Part shown: one piece after another, positions 19,017 through 27,613 of the stretch
How the letters are laid out: every line of letters begins with the position of its first letter
How positions within the stretch are numbered: position 1 is the stretch's first letter
Origin: a virus
DNA: 64,000 nucleotides
Reading direction: 5' to 3' (one strand)
Virus record (IMG/VR): IMGVR_UViG_3300017917_002441
Span: 32,001 to 96,000 of that record
Made by a program: the position numbers and the translations under genes
Notes under the pieces: generated by a model
Databases searched by the model: none
Seen by the model: the letters and a program-made list of their open reading frames with translations, nothing else
What the model was told of the DNA's origin: nothing

Positions 19017-20887
19017 TAACAAAACTACTTGAAGGCGGAAACGTTTTTAAAGACGCCAACGGCAACCCGTTGACCGGCCGTATTAACCAAAGCGATGTTG
19101 CACAAACAGTGCAATGGATTGAAACACTCACAGGTTTGCAATTTCCCAAAGAGCGTTGGTTAGGATCAACTGGGCGCAAGCCTACATCAGGCGACTTAGA
19201 TCTAGCAGTGGATCTTAGTGAAATATCAAAAGATCAGTTGGCAGCCAAACTAACTCAGTGGGTTCAAAGTCACGGTGAAGATCCACGTGCTTGGGTTAAA
19301 AAGGGCGGCGAAGTACACTTACGCACTCCCATCAATGGTAAACCAGAAAACGGATTTGTACAAACAGACTTTATGTTTTTTCCTAATTTGGATTGGGGTA
19401 CATTTTTCTATGCTGGTGGTGAAGATTCTGCATACAAGGGCATGGTACGCAACGTATTAATGTCTAGTTTGGCCAAACATCAAGGCCTAAAGATTGGTGC
19501 CAACGGTGTTATCAGCCGAGCCACAAATCAAGTTGTAAGCATGGACCCAGACTGGGCCGCCCAAGCAGTATTGGGCAAAGGCCATGACCGTAACAGTTTA
19601 AAAAATGTTGAAAGCATTTATCAAGCCTTGACCAAGGATCGCGAACGTGATGCCAAATTGGCAGACTTTAGAGACTACCTGCAACGTGAAGGCTTGCAAG
19701 AGCCCGGTGCTGTGACAGAAAGTGATGTGGGATTCTTGGCTCGACTGCGTGACAGAATTGTCAATCAAGGCATGAGCCCGCTGATCGAACACGAAGTTGT
19801 TACCGAAGCTGAAGTAGCTGGTGTAGGCGGCAGAGCCAAGGGCATTGAACACTTGGAAGATCTTGTGTTTAGACACGGTAGCCGCGGTGTTGAACAAGCT
19901 CTGGGCATTGTGGCGCACCTTGCTGAGCAACCCAGCAGTGCTACAGTAAAGTGGGACGGAAAACCTGCTGTGGTGTTTGGTCGCAAGCCTGCCACAGGTG
20001 AGTTTGTGCTCACAGACGGTTCGGGCTTTGAAGCCAAGGGCTACGACGGACTTGCAACGTCACCAGAAATGATGGCGCAGATACAAAACATGCGTGGTGC
20101 CAACAGACAAGAACTCATTAACATTTACGCTACACTGTTCCCGCTGTTGGAAGCGGCTGTACCACAAAACTTCCGTGGATATGTCAAGGGCGATTTGCTG
20201 TATATGAGCAAACCTGAGTTGGTAGCTGGTAACTATGTATTCCAACCCAACACAGTGGAATATCGTATTCCAGCCAAATCTAGCCTAGGCAAACGCATTG
20301 GCAACAGCGACATCGGCCTAGCTATGCACTCAATGTACGGTGATGTTGGCGAACCACGCCAGCCCCTGAGCCGTGTGACATTTAACGAAGTTCCAGGGCT
20401 ATTGTTGCTAGAACCTATTGCTGGAAAAGAAATACAACTCAATCAACAGTTGATTAAAGAAATTCGTAGTTTGATGCGTAGCAAAGGCAAAGCCATTGAT
20501 ATCTTGTTTAACCCAGCAGAGCTACGAGCACAGCAGATCACAGACTTGGCCAAGCTCTGTGTTGATTATATCAATGCTAGAATTCCCACTGGTAACTTTG
20601 ATAACTTGTTGGGCGGGTTTGGTGAGTGGCTACAGCAACGAGTTACTCCAAGAAAGTTTGCTAATATTGTTGAGTACCTAAAGAGTCCCAGTTCAAATAC
20701 CGAAGGCATGGCTGCGGCGTTTACACTGTTCTTGTTGTTGCACGATCTCAAGATGGACTTGCTACAACAGCTGGATCAGCAAAGCCCTGGTAATGAAGGC
20801 TGGGTCATGGCTACTCCTGCAGGTTACGCCAAAGCAGTGAATCGCTTTGATTTCACTGCTAGAAACCGAGCCAGAAACAACTCCTAA
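19013..20887 (+). CDS. Fusion: pol-beta-type nucleotidyltransferase plus ligase-like (KWDG) domain
   Basis: GSTG...SGDLDL and QTDFM in N-half; HLEDL, KWDG, GDLL, EGWV, KAV in C-half. Confidence 0.6.
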   Translation: MITKLLEGGNVFKDANGNPLTGRINQSDVAQTVQWIETLTGLQFPKERWLGSTGRKPTSGDLDLAVDLSEISKDQLAAKLTQWVQSHGEDPRAWVKKGGEVHLRTPINGKPENGFVQTDFMFFPNLDWGTFFYAGGEDSAYKGMVRNVLMSSLAKHQGLKIGANGVISRATNQVVSMDPDWAAQAVLGKGHDRNSLKNVESIYQALTKDRERDAKLADFRDYLQREGLQEPGAVTESDVGFLARLRDRIVNQGMSPLIEHEVVTEAEVAGVGGRAKGIEHLEDLVFRHGSRGVEQALGIVAHLAEQPSSATVKWDGKPAVVFGRKPATGEFVLTDGSGFEAKGYDGLATSPEMMAQIQNMRGANRQELINIYATLFPLLEAAVPQNFRGYVKGDLLYMSKPELVAGNYVFQPNTVEYRIPAKSSLGKRIGNSDIGLAMHSMYGDVGEPRQPLSRVTFNEVPGLLLLEPIAGKEIQLNQQLIKEIRSLMRSKGKAIDILFNPAELRAQQITDLAKLCVDYINARIPTGNFDNLLGGFGEWLQQRVTPRKFANIVEYLKSPSSNTEGMAAAFTLFLLLHDLKMDLLQQLDQQSPGNEGWVMATPAGYAKAVNRFDFTARNRARNNS

Positions 20888-20956
20888 CCGCAGGTTTTTT
20901 ACCAAAAGACTAAATAAGTGTAGGGCTTTGGAGCCCATATATTAAGGAGAAACAAA

Positions 20957-21367
20957 ATGGCCGTATTTACACGTACAAGTGGTGACTTTCAACCAGTAGT
21001 GGTTGTTGACCAAGGCGTTGCCGCATCTTCACCAGGTGCTGGTTACAACACAGGTATTAATACTGTAGTTAGTGGTGCAACTGTTAACGCCGCAGGTCCT
21101 AAGCTAGACTTCGGTACAGTTACTTTCACAGGTACTGCAACTGTTAGTGGCGCTGACCTAGCTAAAGCAATCCAAGTGATTCAGCAAAAAGCTACTATCG
21201 CTATCTATGAGTTCACAACTGTTGGTTCTAACCAAGCTACTTTGGCTTTGGCTACATACCCAACCGCTGCCTGGAACTATGCTAACGGTGAAGATCTAGA
21301 CGTTGCTTTGACAGCCGCCCTAGGTTATGCTGTTACAACAGCCGCTAGCGCAACATTCACAAACTAA
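20957..21367 (+). CDS. Probable virion structural/decoration protein
   Basis: TAAATA at 20911, strong AAGGAG SD, Ala/Thr/Val-rich, followed by terminator. Confidence 0.6.
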   Translation: MAVFTRTSGDFQPVVVVDQGVAASSPGAGYNTGINTVVSGATVNAAGPKLDFGTVTFTGTATVSGADLAKAIQVIQQKATIAIYEFTTVGSNQATLALATYPTAAWNYANGEDLDVALTAALGYAVTTAASATFTN

Positions 21368-21386
21368 TTTAAACAGTTTGTAACCC

Positions 21387-21420
21387 AACCCTGGACGTAA
21401 AAAATCCAGGGTTTTTCTTT
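21387..21420 (+). terminator. Rho-independent terminator
   Basis: AACCCTGGA...TCCAGGGTT then T-run. Confidence 0.75.
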
Positions 21421-21437
21421 GCCGTTAAATATCAACA

Positions 21438-21860
21438 ATGAAGATAGCATGTCGCACCATTTTTGATTGCATGGCAACCGGTGTCACTGGACACTACAGG
21501 CCCAGTCAAGTACCGTTTACAGATCATACCGGTCAGTCAATAAAAAATCAAACAGACTGGAATCAGTCACGGAATCAACAGCGCAACTGGGAAACACTGT
21601 TGCAAGTCATTGGACTGCGCACACAGCCTACCATTACTATAATGCCCTATTTTTCCAACGGCTACTGGCAGTTTGAATTTGAACCAGCCAGTGACGGGGT
21701 GTATAGCATAACTGGTGCCACAGACGATCTAGGAGCATTGTATCAAGACTGTCGCAATGTGCCCATGATTGTACACGTTGACGAACAAACACAGAAAACG
21801 CCAGTGCTGTGTGTGGAAGGTGCTGAACAAAACATTTGGTTTGAGGCGGTAAATAAGTGA
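21438..21860 (+). CDS. Hypothetical late protein
   Basis: TAAATA at 21426, 6 nt before ATG. Confidence 0.7.
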   Translation: MKIACRTIFDCMATGVTGHYRPSQVPFTDHTGQSIKNQTDWNQSRNQQRNWETLLQVIGLRTQPTITIMPYFSNGYWQFEFEPASDGVYSITGATDDLGALYQDCRNVPMIVHVDEQTQKTPVLCVEGAEQNIWFEAVNK

Positions 21861-21872
21861 TGGAGAATAATT

Positions 21873-22136
21873 ATGGCCGAGCCAAGTGAAATTGAAAAGA
21901 AAAGCTTAGAAGCACACGTAGAATTGTGTGCCGAACGTTATCGCAGTTTAGATGAACGTCTTGATGGGTTGGCAAATAATATTGTCAAGGTTGAAGAGTG
22001 TACCGAAGAAATCAAGAACATAATGACTAAACATGTGGAAAAACACAACGATCGACTGATAGGTTGGGGTGTTAGTATTATTGCAGTTTTAGTAGGCACC
22101 ATTGGATGGTTGCTGTCACACTACGTTTTTAAATGA
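21873..22136 (+). CDS. Coiled-coil protein with C-terminal transmembrane helix
   Basis: LEAHVELCAERY coiled coil; LIGWGVSIIAVLVGTIGWLL. Confidence 0.7.
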   Translation: MAEPSEIEKKSLEAHVELCAERYRSLDERLDGLANNIVKVEECTEEIKNIMTKHVEKHNDRLIGWGVSIIAVLVGTIGWLLSHYVFK

Positions 22137-22609
22137 ACAAAGAAGCCAAAATAGAACAGTGGGCCGAACGTGAATTACGCAAGGCCATGGACAAAGTTAT
22201 TTTGTCTGATGAAGAAGGCGGGTATGTGGTATTTGGAAAATACTACATTATGCCCAGCGAGAACGGTACTGTGGTCAGCACCTGGGATCGTGAAATTCAC
22301 TGTTTTATGAACAAACGTCATGCCATGAGTTGGTGCATTTTAGATCACAAAAACAATTATGCCTTGGCTAACCAGTTGATTTCATTAGACAGTAGAAAAC
22401 AAAAACTAGGCAGTGACGTACACATTAGACGCACAATTGGAGAACGTGGGCGTGACCCCAACTTCCGTGAAATTATCAATTTAAAAGTATCAATGAAATT
22501 ACAAGCACTCAGCGTGTTAAACCAAGAGCTTGATAAATGCGTTGGTTATGCTAAATATCTACAGACAAAAGGATTCGCAAATGAAACTGCAAGAACTAGC
22601 CGCGCCTAA
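22133..22609 (+). CDS. Hypothetical protein
   Basis: Coupled ORF. Confidence 0.7.
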   Translation: MNKEAKIEQWAERELRKAMDKVILSDEEGGYVVFGKYYIMPSENGTVVSTWDREIHCFMNKRHAMSWCILDHKNNYALANQLISLDSRKQKLGSDVHIRRTIGERGRDPNFREIINLKVSMKLQALSVLNQELDKCVGYAKYLQTKGFANETARTSRA

Positions 22610-23504
22610 CCCAGCGCAACAAATTGCCCAAGTATTTGAAAGCTACTTTGGGTCACGTATCACTGTTGAGCAACTCAACGAAACTCAAACCGTTGCAATG
22701 TTGCGTCGTGTTCGTGCTACTCTTAAAGAGCATCAGAATTCTCCAGCTCGCCATCACAGCGAGCAGAACCCAGCTTATTTGAAGTTGGTTGTAATGGAAA
22801 AAGCTCTGGTTGCTAAACTTAAAGAGTTTGAGCAGCCACAACCAACTGGTACAGGCCAACAACCGGGCAATACTCAACAACAGACTCAGCAAGCCGTGGC
22901 CACTGTCAAAGATCCCAAGCTAAAGGCAGCTCTAGATAAGAGCGCCAAAGGTCAACAGTTGAATCCAGAAGAACAAAAGCTTGTGGCTGGTGCTGCCTTG
23001 ATGAAAACTGAAAACAAATTGCGCAGTGCTCTGCGTATTGTTAAAGAAAGCGAAGTTCAACAAGCTCAGGTGGTTCTTGCCGCTCAAGACTTGGTAGACA
23101 AGATGCAAGGCATGTTGGAAGATACCACAGAATTACAATTTAAGGAATTGCCTGCTCTAGTTGACTCAATCAAGAATCAAGTAGGTGTTGAGCAAGCACA
23201 ACAGTTTAATACTGATGCATCTGCCGCCCTGGCTGGCTTGGTGCAAAACCTACAAGGTGCTAAACAACAACTAGAAACTGCACTTGGGGTTGTGACTGGA
23301 CAATCTGCTCCTGCTCCTGCACTAGACGCAGCCATGACTGGTGCAGAACCTGGTGCCGAAGCCGGCGCTGAGTTAGGTGCTGAGTTAGGTGCTGAAGCTG
23401 GTGCCGAAGCCGGCGCTGAGTTAGGTGCTGAAGAACTTCCAGCTGAAGAGCCTGAATCTCCTGCAGTGGGTGGCAAAGGCGCACTAGGTCGCGCTCGTAG
23501 ATAA
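22581..23504 (+). CDS. Hypothetical, probable head/scaffold-associated protein
   Basis: TAAATA at 22552; MKLQEL start; coiled coil; acidic low-complexity tail. Confidence 0.6.
   Translation: MKLQELAAPNPAQQIAQVFESYFGSRITVEQLNETQTVAMLRRVRATLKEHQNSPARHHSEQNPAYLKLVVMEKALVAKLKEFEQPQPTGTGQQPGNTQQQTQQAVATVKDPKLKAALDKSAKGQQLNPEEQKLVAGAALMKTENKLRSALRIVKESEVQQAQVVLAAQDLVDKMQGMLEDTTELQFKELPALVDSIKNQVGVEQAQQFNTDASAALAGLVQNLQGAKQQLETALGVVTGQSAPAPALDAAMTGAEPGAEAGAELGAELGAEAGAEAGAELGAEELPAEEPESPAVGGKGALGRARR
23340..23435 (+). repeat. In-frame 12-bp tandem repeat (GAE[A/L/P])x8
   Basis: GGTGCCGAAGCCGGCGCTGAGTTAGGTGCTGA duplicated at 23352 and 23400. Confidence 0.85.
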
Positions 23505-23860
23505 TGCGCATATTTGAAGTAGATTCAGGCGACACAAACACACCAGATCCCAAACAACTTTTGGGTCTGGTGAAGTTTTTAAACGGCCGTGCAGAAGATA
23601 CCAACGCACAAAAGCAAATATCACAAGATGCTTTCATTGGCATCGCACAGGATTTGGGTATCAATGTCAACAAAAACAATTTGGCTGACATGATAGCACA
23701 AGAGCCACTTAGTAACGTACTAGAACCCCTAGATCCAAATTCAGGGCAAGTTACATTCAAAGGTGCCAACATTGGCCCAACTGCTATGCCAGTTAACAAA
23801 GCACAAGACATAGTAGCATCCGCAGCCAAATCGGCAATGAAAAAAGACCGCGGCGTCTAA
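23504..23860 (+). CDS. Hypothetical, probable head-packaged protein
   Basis: MRIFEV start; coupled ORF. Confidence 0.65.
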   Translation: MRIFEVDSGDTNTPDPKQLLGLVKFLNGRAEDTNAQKQISQDAFIGIAQDLGINVNKNNLADMIAQEPLSNVLEPLDPNSGQVTFKGANIGPTAMPVNKAQDIVASAAKSAMKKDRGV

Positions 23861-23870
23861 ACCAAAATCG

Positions 23871-23899
23871 TTGACAATCTGTTGTAAATACCTTACACT
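23871..23899 (+). promoter_or_regulatory. sigma70-type promoter with embedded TAAATA
   Basis: TTGACA-17-TACACT; TAAATA at 23885. Confidence 0.55.
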
Positions 23900-23917
23900 A
23901 ACATAAGGAGTTTATCT

Positions 23918-24310
23918 ATGGCATATTCTGACAAAGTAGTGGACCACTATGAAAACCCCCGCAATGTGGGTTCGTTTGACAAAGGCGACAACAGTGTGGG
24001 CACTGGTATGGTTGGTGCGCCGGCATGTGGTGATGTTATGAAACTACAAATAAAGGTGGACGATGCTACAGGTATTATTACAGACGCGAAATTTAAAACG
24101 TATGGCTGCGGCTCGGCAATCGCAAGCTCAAGCCTTGTTACGGAATGGGTCAAAGGAAAAACCCTTGACGAAGCCGCAACCATCCGAAACAGTGAAATCG
24201 CAGAAGAGCTTGCCCTTCCACCAGTTAAGATCCACTGTTCAATCTTGGCTGAAGACGCTATAAAAGCCGCAGTAGAGGACTATCGTAAAAAACATGATAT
24301 CAATAACTGA
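23918..24310 (+). CDS. iscU: Fe-S cluster scaffold IscU
   Basis: YSDKVVDHYENPRNVG, APACGDVM, GCGSAIAS, LPPVKIHCS. Confidence 0.95.
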   Translation: MAYSDKVVDHYENPRNVGSFDKGDNSVGTGMVGAPACGDVMKLQIKVDDATGIITDAKFKTYGCGSAIASSSLVTEWVKGKTLDEAATIRNSEIAEELALPPVKIHCSILAEDAIKAAVEDYRKKHDINN

Positions 24311-24623
24311 TGCGGCTGTTTGCAAGATTAAAGAAAACATCAAACGTCGTGGACGCGGCCTAGGTATCAAAGTTGGCATACGCACCACTGGCTGTTCTGG
24401 TCTTGCATATACATTGGAATATGTTGATGTTGAGCAGGGCAAAGAAATTTGCATGATGCACCATGACATCAACGGTGTACGAGTTTACATAGACCCCAAA
24501 CATTCTCCTTACTTAACAGGCATGACCATGGATTGGGTCCGCAATGGACTCAACGAAGGTTTTGATTTTATTAACCCCAATGAACGTGACCGTTGCGGTT
24601 GCGGAGAAAGCTTTAGAGTTTAA
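24294..24623 (+). CDS. iscA: A-type Fe-S carrier IscA
   Basis: TTGCSGLAY, F.F.NPN, CGCGESF. Confidence 0.92.
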   Translation: MISITDAAVCKIKENIKRRGRGLGIKVGIRTTGCSGLAYTLEYVDVEQGKEICMMHHDINGVRVYIDPKHSPYLTGMTMDWVRNGLNEGFDFINPNERDRCGCGESFRV

Positions 24624-25342
24624 TGTACAATCCACGTTTTGACTACAAACCAGTGCCACGGGTAACAATTGATGGGCGTAGATACTATGCTACCCCTGAT
24701 GGCAACAAGTTACCCAGTGTAACTACAATTTTAGATCGTACCAAAAGCGAAGAAAGCAAACAGGCATTAGAAAACTGGCGCCGCCGTGTGGGACATGCCC
24801 AGGCGCAGGCCATTACCACAGAAGCTGCCAACCGTGGCACACGCATGCACACGTATCTTGAGCACTATATCAAACACGGTGAACTAAAGGATCGCGGCAC
24901 TAATCCATTTAGCTGGGCTAGCCATGCCATGGCTCAGGTAGTAATTGACCAAGGTATCACTAGCCGTGTAAATGAATTCTGGGGGTACGAAGTTCCTCTT
25001 TATTTCCCCAACATCTATGCTGGCACCACAGATGCATGTGGCTTGCATATCGGTGATGAATCTATTCTAGACTACAAACAAACCAACAAGCCCAAAAAGC
25101 GCGAGTGGATCGAAGACTATTTCCTACAGCTCTGCGCTTATGCAGAAGCACACAATGAACTGCATGGTACAAATATCAAAAAAGGCGTAGTTTTGATGTG
25201 CGTCAAACCCGAAGTTGACGATCAAATGAACATTATTAAACCGCCTGAATATCAGGAATTTGTGCTGGAAGGCGCAGAATTTGAACGTCATCGTCAGTTG
25301 TGGTGGAAACGAGTTGAACAGTATTACATGCTAAATATGTGA
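24623..25342 (+). CDS. PD-(D/E)xK exonuclease
   Basis: PSVTTIL, RGT.MH, E..L, AGTTD, LDYKQ, Q..AY. Confidence 0.85.
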   Translation: MYNPRFDYKPVPRVTIDGRRYYATPDGNKLPSVTTILDRTKSEESKQALENWRRRVGHAQAQAITTEAANRGTRMHTYLEHYIKHGELKDRGTNPFSWASHAMAQVVIDQGITSRVNEFWGYEVPLYFPNIYAGTTDACGLHIGDESILDYKQTNKPKKREWIEDYFLQLCAYAEAHNELHGTNIKKGVVLMCVKPEVDDQMNIIKPPEYQEFVLEGAEFERHRQLWWKRVEQYYMLNM

Positions 25343-25361
25343 TATCGCAAGGAACATCACT

Positions 25362-27176
25362 GTGGCAATTGTACAAGTATCGAGAATAACACAACGTAAA
25401 GGTCTAGAAGTAGACTTACCACAACCGCTAGCGGGTGCAGAACTGGGCTGGGCAGTTGACCAACGCAGACTGTTTATTGGTAACGGCTCACTAGAAGAAG
25501 GAGCCCCAGCAGTGGGCAACACCGAAATTCTAACAGAATTCAGTGACCTTCTTGCTTACTCCACTGCTTACACTTACAAAGGCGAAGCCGCTGGTTATAC
25601 AGTGCAAACTGGCCCCACAGCCGGTGACCCCATTAGTCAAAGCATTCAAGCACGACTAGACAGCTATGCCATTGTATCAGAGTTTGGAGCACAGGGCGAC
25701 GGTGTGACAGACGACACTGAAGCCATTAACCGTGCATTCAACCAGCTGTATTGTGTACAAACCAACATTCAGGTTCGCCGTAGTTTGTTCTTCCCAGCCG
25801 GGGTGTATGTTATCAGTAACACACTGTTGATCCCATCTTATGCCAAACTGTATGGCGAAGGTGCTGATCACACTATCATACTTTTCCAAGTACAGAATTG
25901 GGCCGCTAATACTGCGTATGCCGAAGGTGTGTTGGTTAAAAACACAGACCCAGCAACATCAATTGTAACATATTATCGTGCAGTGGCACCTGTGCCAGCA
26001 ACTGGCATTGCACTCACTGACGTGGCATATTGGGATCCAACTAGCTTGCCCAACTATGTGTTTCAAACTGCTGACAGTCAACAACAAACCGGCGCCAACA
26101 TTGGCGTCAACGGTGCTATTGCACCACGCAACATTGAAGTGTCTGGAATCACATTCCAGACCATGGAATATGGTGATGGTGCATTGGTGGCACACAACAT
26201 AGCATTGATTGAAAAGTCTCGTCAGTGCTACTTTGACAGTGTAAACTTTATTGGCCCACTAACAACCACAGATCTTGACACCACAGTTGAAGATTTAACT
26301 GGTGTGAATTTCATAAGTTCGCCCGCTAGTATCTGTACACAGATTACATTTGACAAATGCCGCTTTGCTGGCATGACTTATGCGTTTAACACTGACAACT
26401 TAGTCAAAGGCATCACAGTCAGCAATGGTTGGTTTGATACATTGTACCAAGGTGTAGTTCTAGGCGACGCCACACCAGTAGACGGTGGCCCCACAGGCTT
26501 CCGTATTGTTCACAATGTGTTTGATAATATCTATGCCGAAGGTATTGTGTTTGACAATTGCAGACTCAATGCATCTGGTTACAACACATTCTACGACGTG
26601 GGCAATCACTTCAACGGTGTTGCTACTCCGGCAGCCCCAATTATTTCTATCAATGCTGATGAGAACGCCAGCATTGGTGACATGTTTGCTAGAACCACAG
26701 CACAGACTCAGCTGGGCACCGGATGGCCAAGAATTAGAATTTTTAATTCTACTACATCTACTATCCCAACCAGTATAGGAATTGACAGTGCAGATAAGCT
26801 ACAATTAGGTTCATATGTAAGAACCAGTGGCAAGCAACAAGAAATCCTTGATGGCTTTACCCAGGAACCTATTTTTACAGTCAACACTAACCTAAGTTTA
26901 CAAAACGGTGGATTCCAAGCATTTAAAATGGATTATACTATTTCAAGACTCACTGCTGGCAGTCGTGCATATCGAACAGGTACACTGACAGTTGTTGCCG
27001 GGGGCGATGACAGTGCTGGCGACGGCATTGTCTACACCGACGATTATACTGAAAACGAACAAACAGATGTTGTATTGCAAGCAACTGAAAGTGGTAATGT
27101 GGTAACCGTCAGCTACTCAGCGGCTACTACCACCTATGACGGATCAATCTACTACAGCGTAACACACTTGGCTTGA
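25362..27176 (+). CDS. Tail spike/fibre with pectate-lyase-3-like beta-helix
   Basis: L..AELGWAVD..RLFIG.G head; FGAQGDGVTDDTEAI..A, FFPAG.Y; TAAATA at 25332. Confidence 0.75.
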   Translation: MAIVQVSRITQRKGLEVDLPQPLAGAELGWAVDQRRLFIGNGSLEEGAPAVGNTEILTEFSDLLAYSTAYTYKGEAAGYTVQTGPTAGDPISQSIQARLDSYAIVSEFGAQGDGVTDDTEAINRAFNQLYCVQTNIQVRRSLFFPAGVYVISNTLLIPSYAKLYGEGADHTIILFQVQNWAANTAYAEGVLVKNTDPATSIVTYYRAVAPVPATGIALTDVAYWDPTSLPNYVFQTADSQQQTGANIGVNGAIAPRNIEVSGITFQTMEYGDGALVAHNIALIEKSRQCYFDSVNFIGPLTTTDLDTTVEDLTGVNFISSPASICTQITFDKCRFAGMTYAFNTDNLVKGITVSNGWFDTLYQGVVLGDATPVDGGPTGFRIVHNVFDNIYAEGIVFDNCRLNASGYNTFYDVGNHFNGVATPAAPIISINADENASIGDMFARTTAQTQLGTGWPRIRIFNSTTSTIPTSIGIDSADKLQLGSYVRTSGKQQEILDGFTQEPIFTVNTNLSLQNGGFQAFKMDYTISRLTAGSRAYRTGTLTVVAGGDDSAGDGIVYTDDYTENEQTDVVLQATESGNVVTVSYSAATTTYDGSIYYSVTHLA

Positions 27177-27598
27177 TGTGGCCCAAATCATTTAATCAAC
27201 GACTAGCGTCTTGGGCCGACCTCAAAGAGTTCGCATCAACTGCGGATCTTGAAACAGCTCTAAACACCATTGATGCATGGTGGAAAAAATCTCCGTGGCA
27301 GCCATATTATCTGCATTGGGATGACCAAAAAGATTGGCCAGACCCTTGGCAGTTATTGAGCGATAATGTGTTCTGCGGTCTTGCTCGCGGACTAGGAATC
27401 CTTTATACTATAGCTATTATAGATCGTCCTGATCTGCAGGATGCCTGCTTGGTTGAGGTCGAAGGAGACAATTTAGTCCTTGTGCATGGGGGGAAATATA
27501 TATTGAATTGGGACGGCCAAGCCGAGTTAAATACCAGCCCAAGCACAAGAACTCAAAGACGACTAGCACAGTCGCAAATAAAACAGCATTACAATTAA
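27176..27598 (+). CDS. Hypothetical protein
   Basis: Coupled ORF; WPDPWQLL. Confidence 0.7.
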   Translation: MWPKSFNQRLASWADLKEFASTADLETALNTIDAWWKKSPWQPYYLHWDDQKDWPDPWQLLSDNVFCGLARGLGILYTIAIIDRPDLQDACLVEVEGDNLVLVHGGKYILNWDGQAELNTSPSTRTQRRLAQSQIKQHYN

Positions 27599-27613
27599 GA
27601 AAACGAGTAAAGA

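Noticed and set aside
23340-23435. Repeat array as possible CRISPR
   Set aside because: Contiguous in-frame 12-bp coding units with no unique spacers; no cas genes
24623-25342. Cas4 / CRISPR adaptation gene
   Set aside because: Lacks the four-Cys Fe-S pattern; ordinary phage PD-(D/E)xK exonuclease
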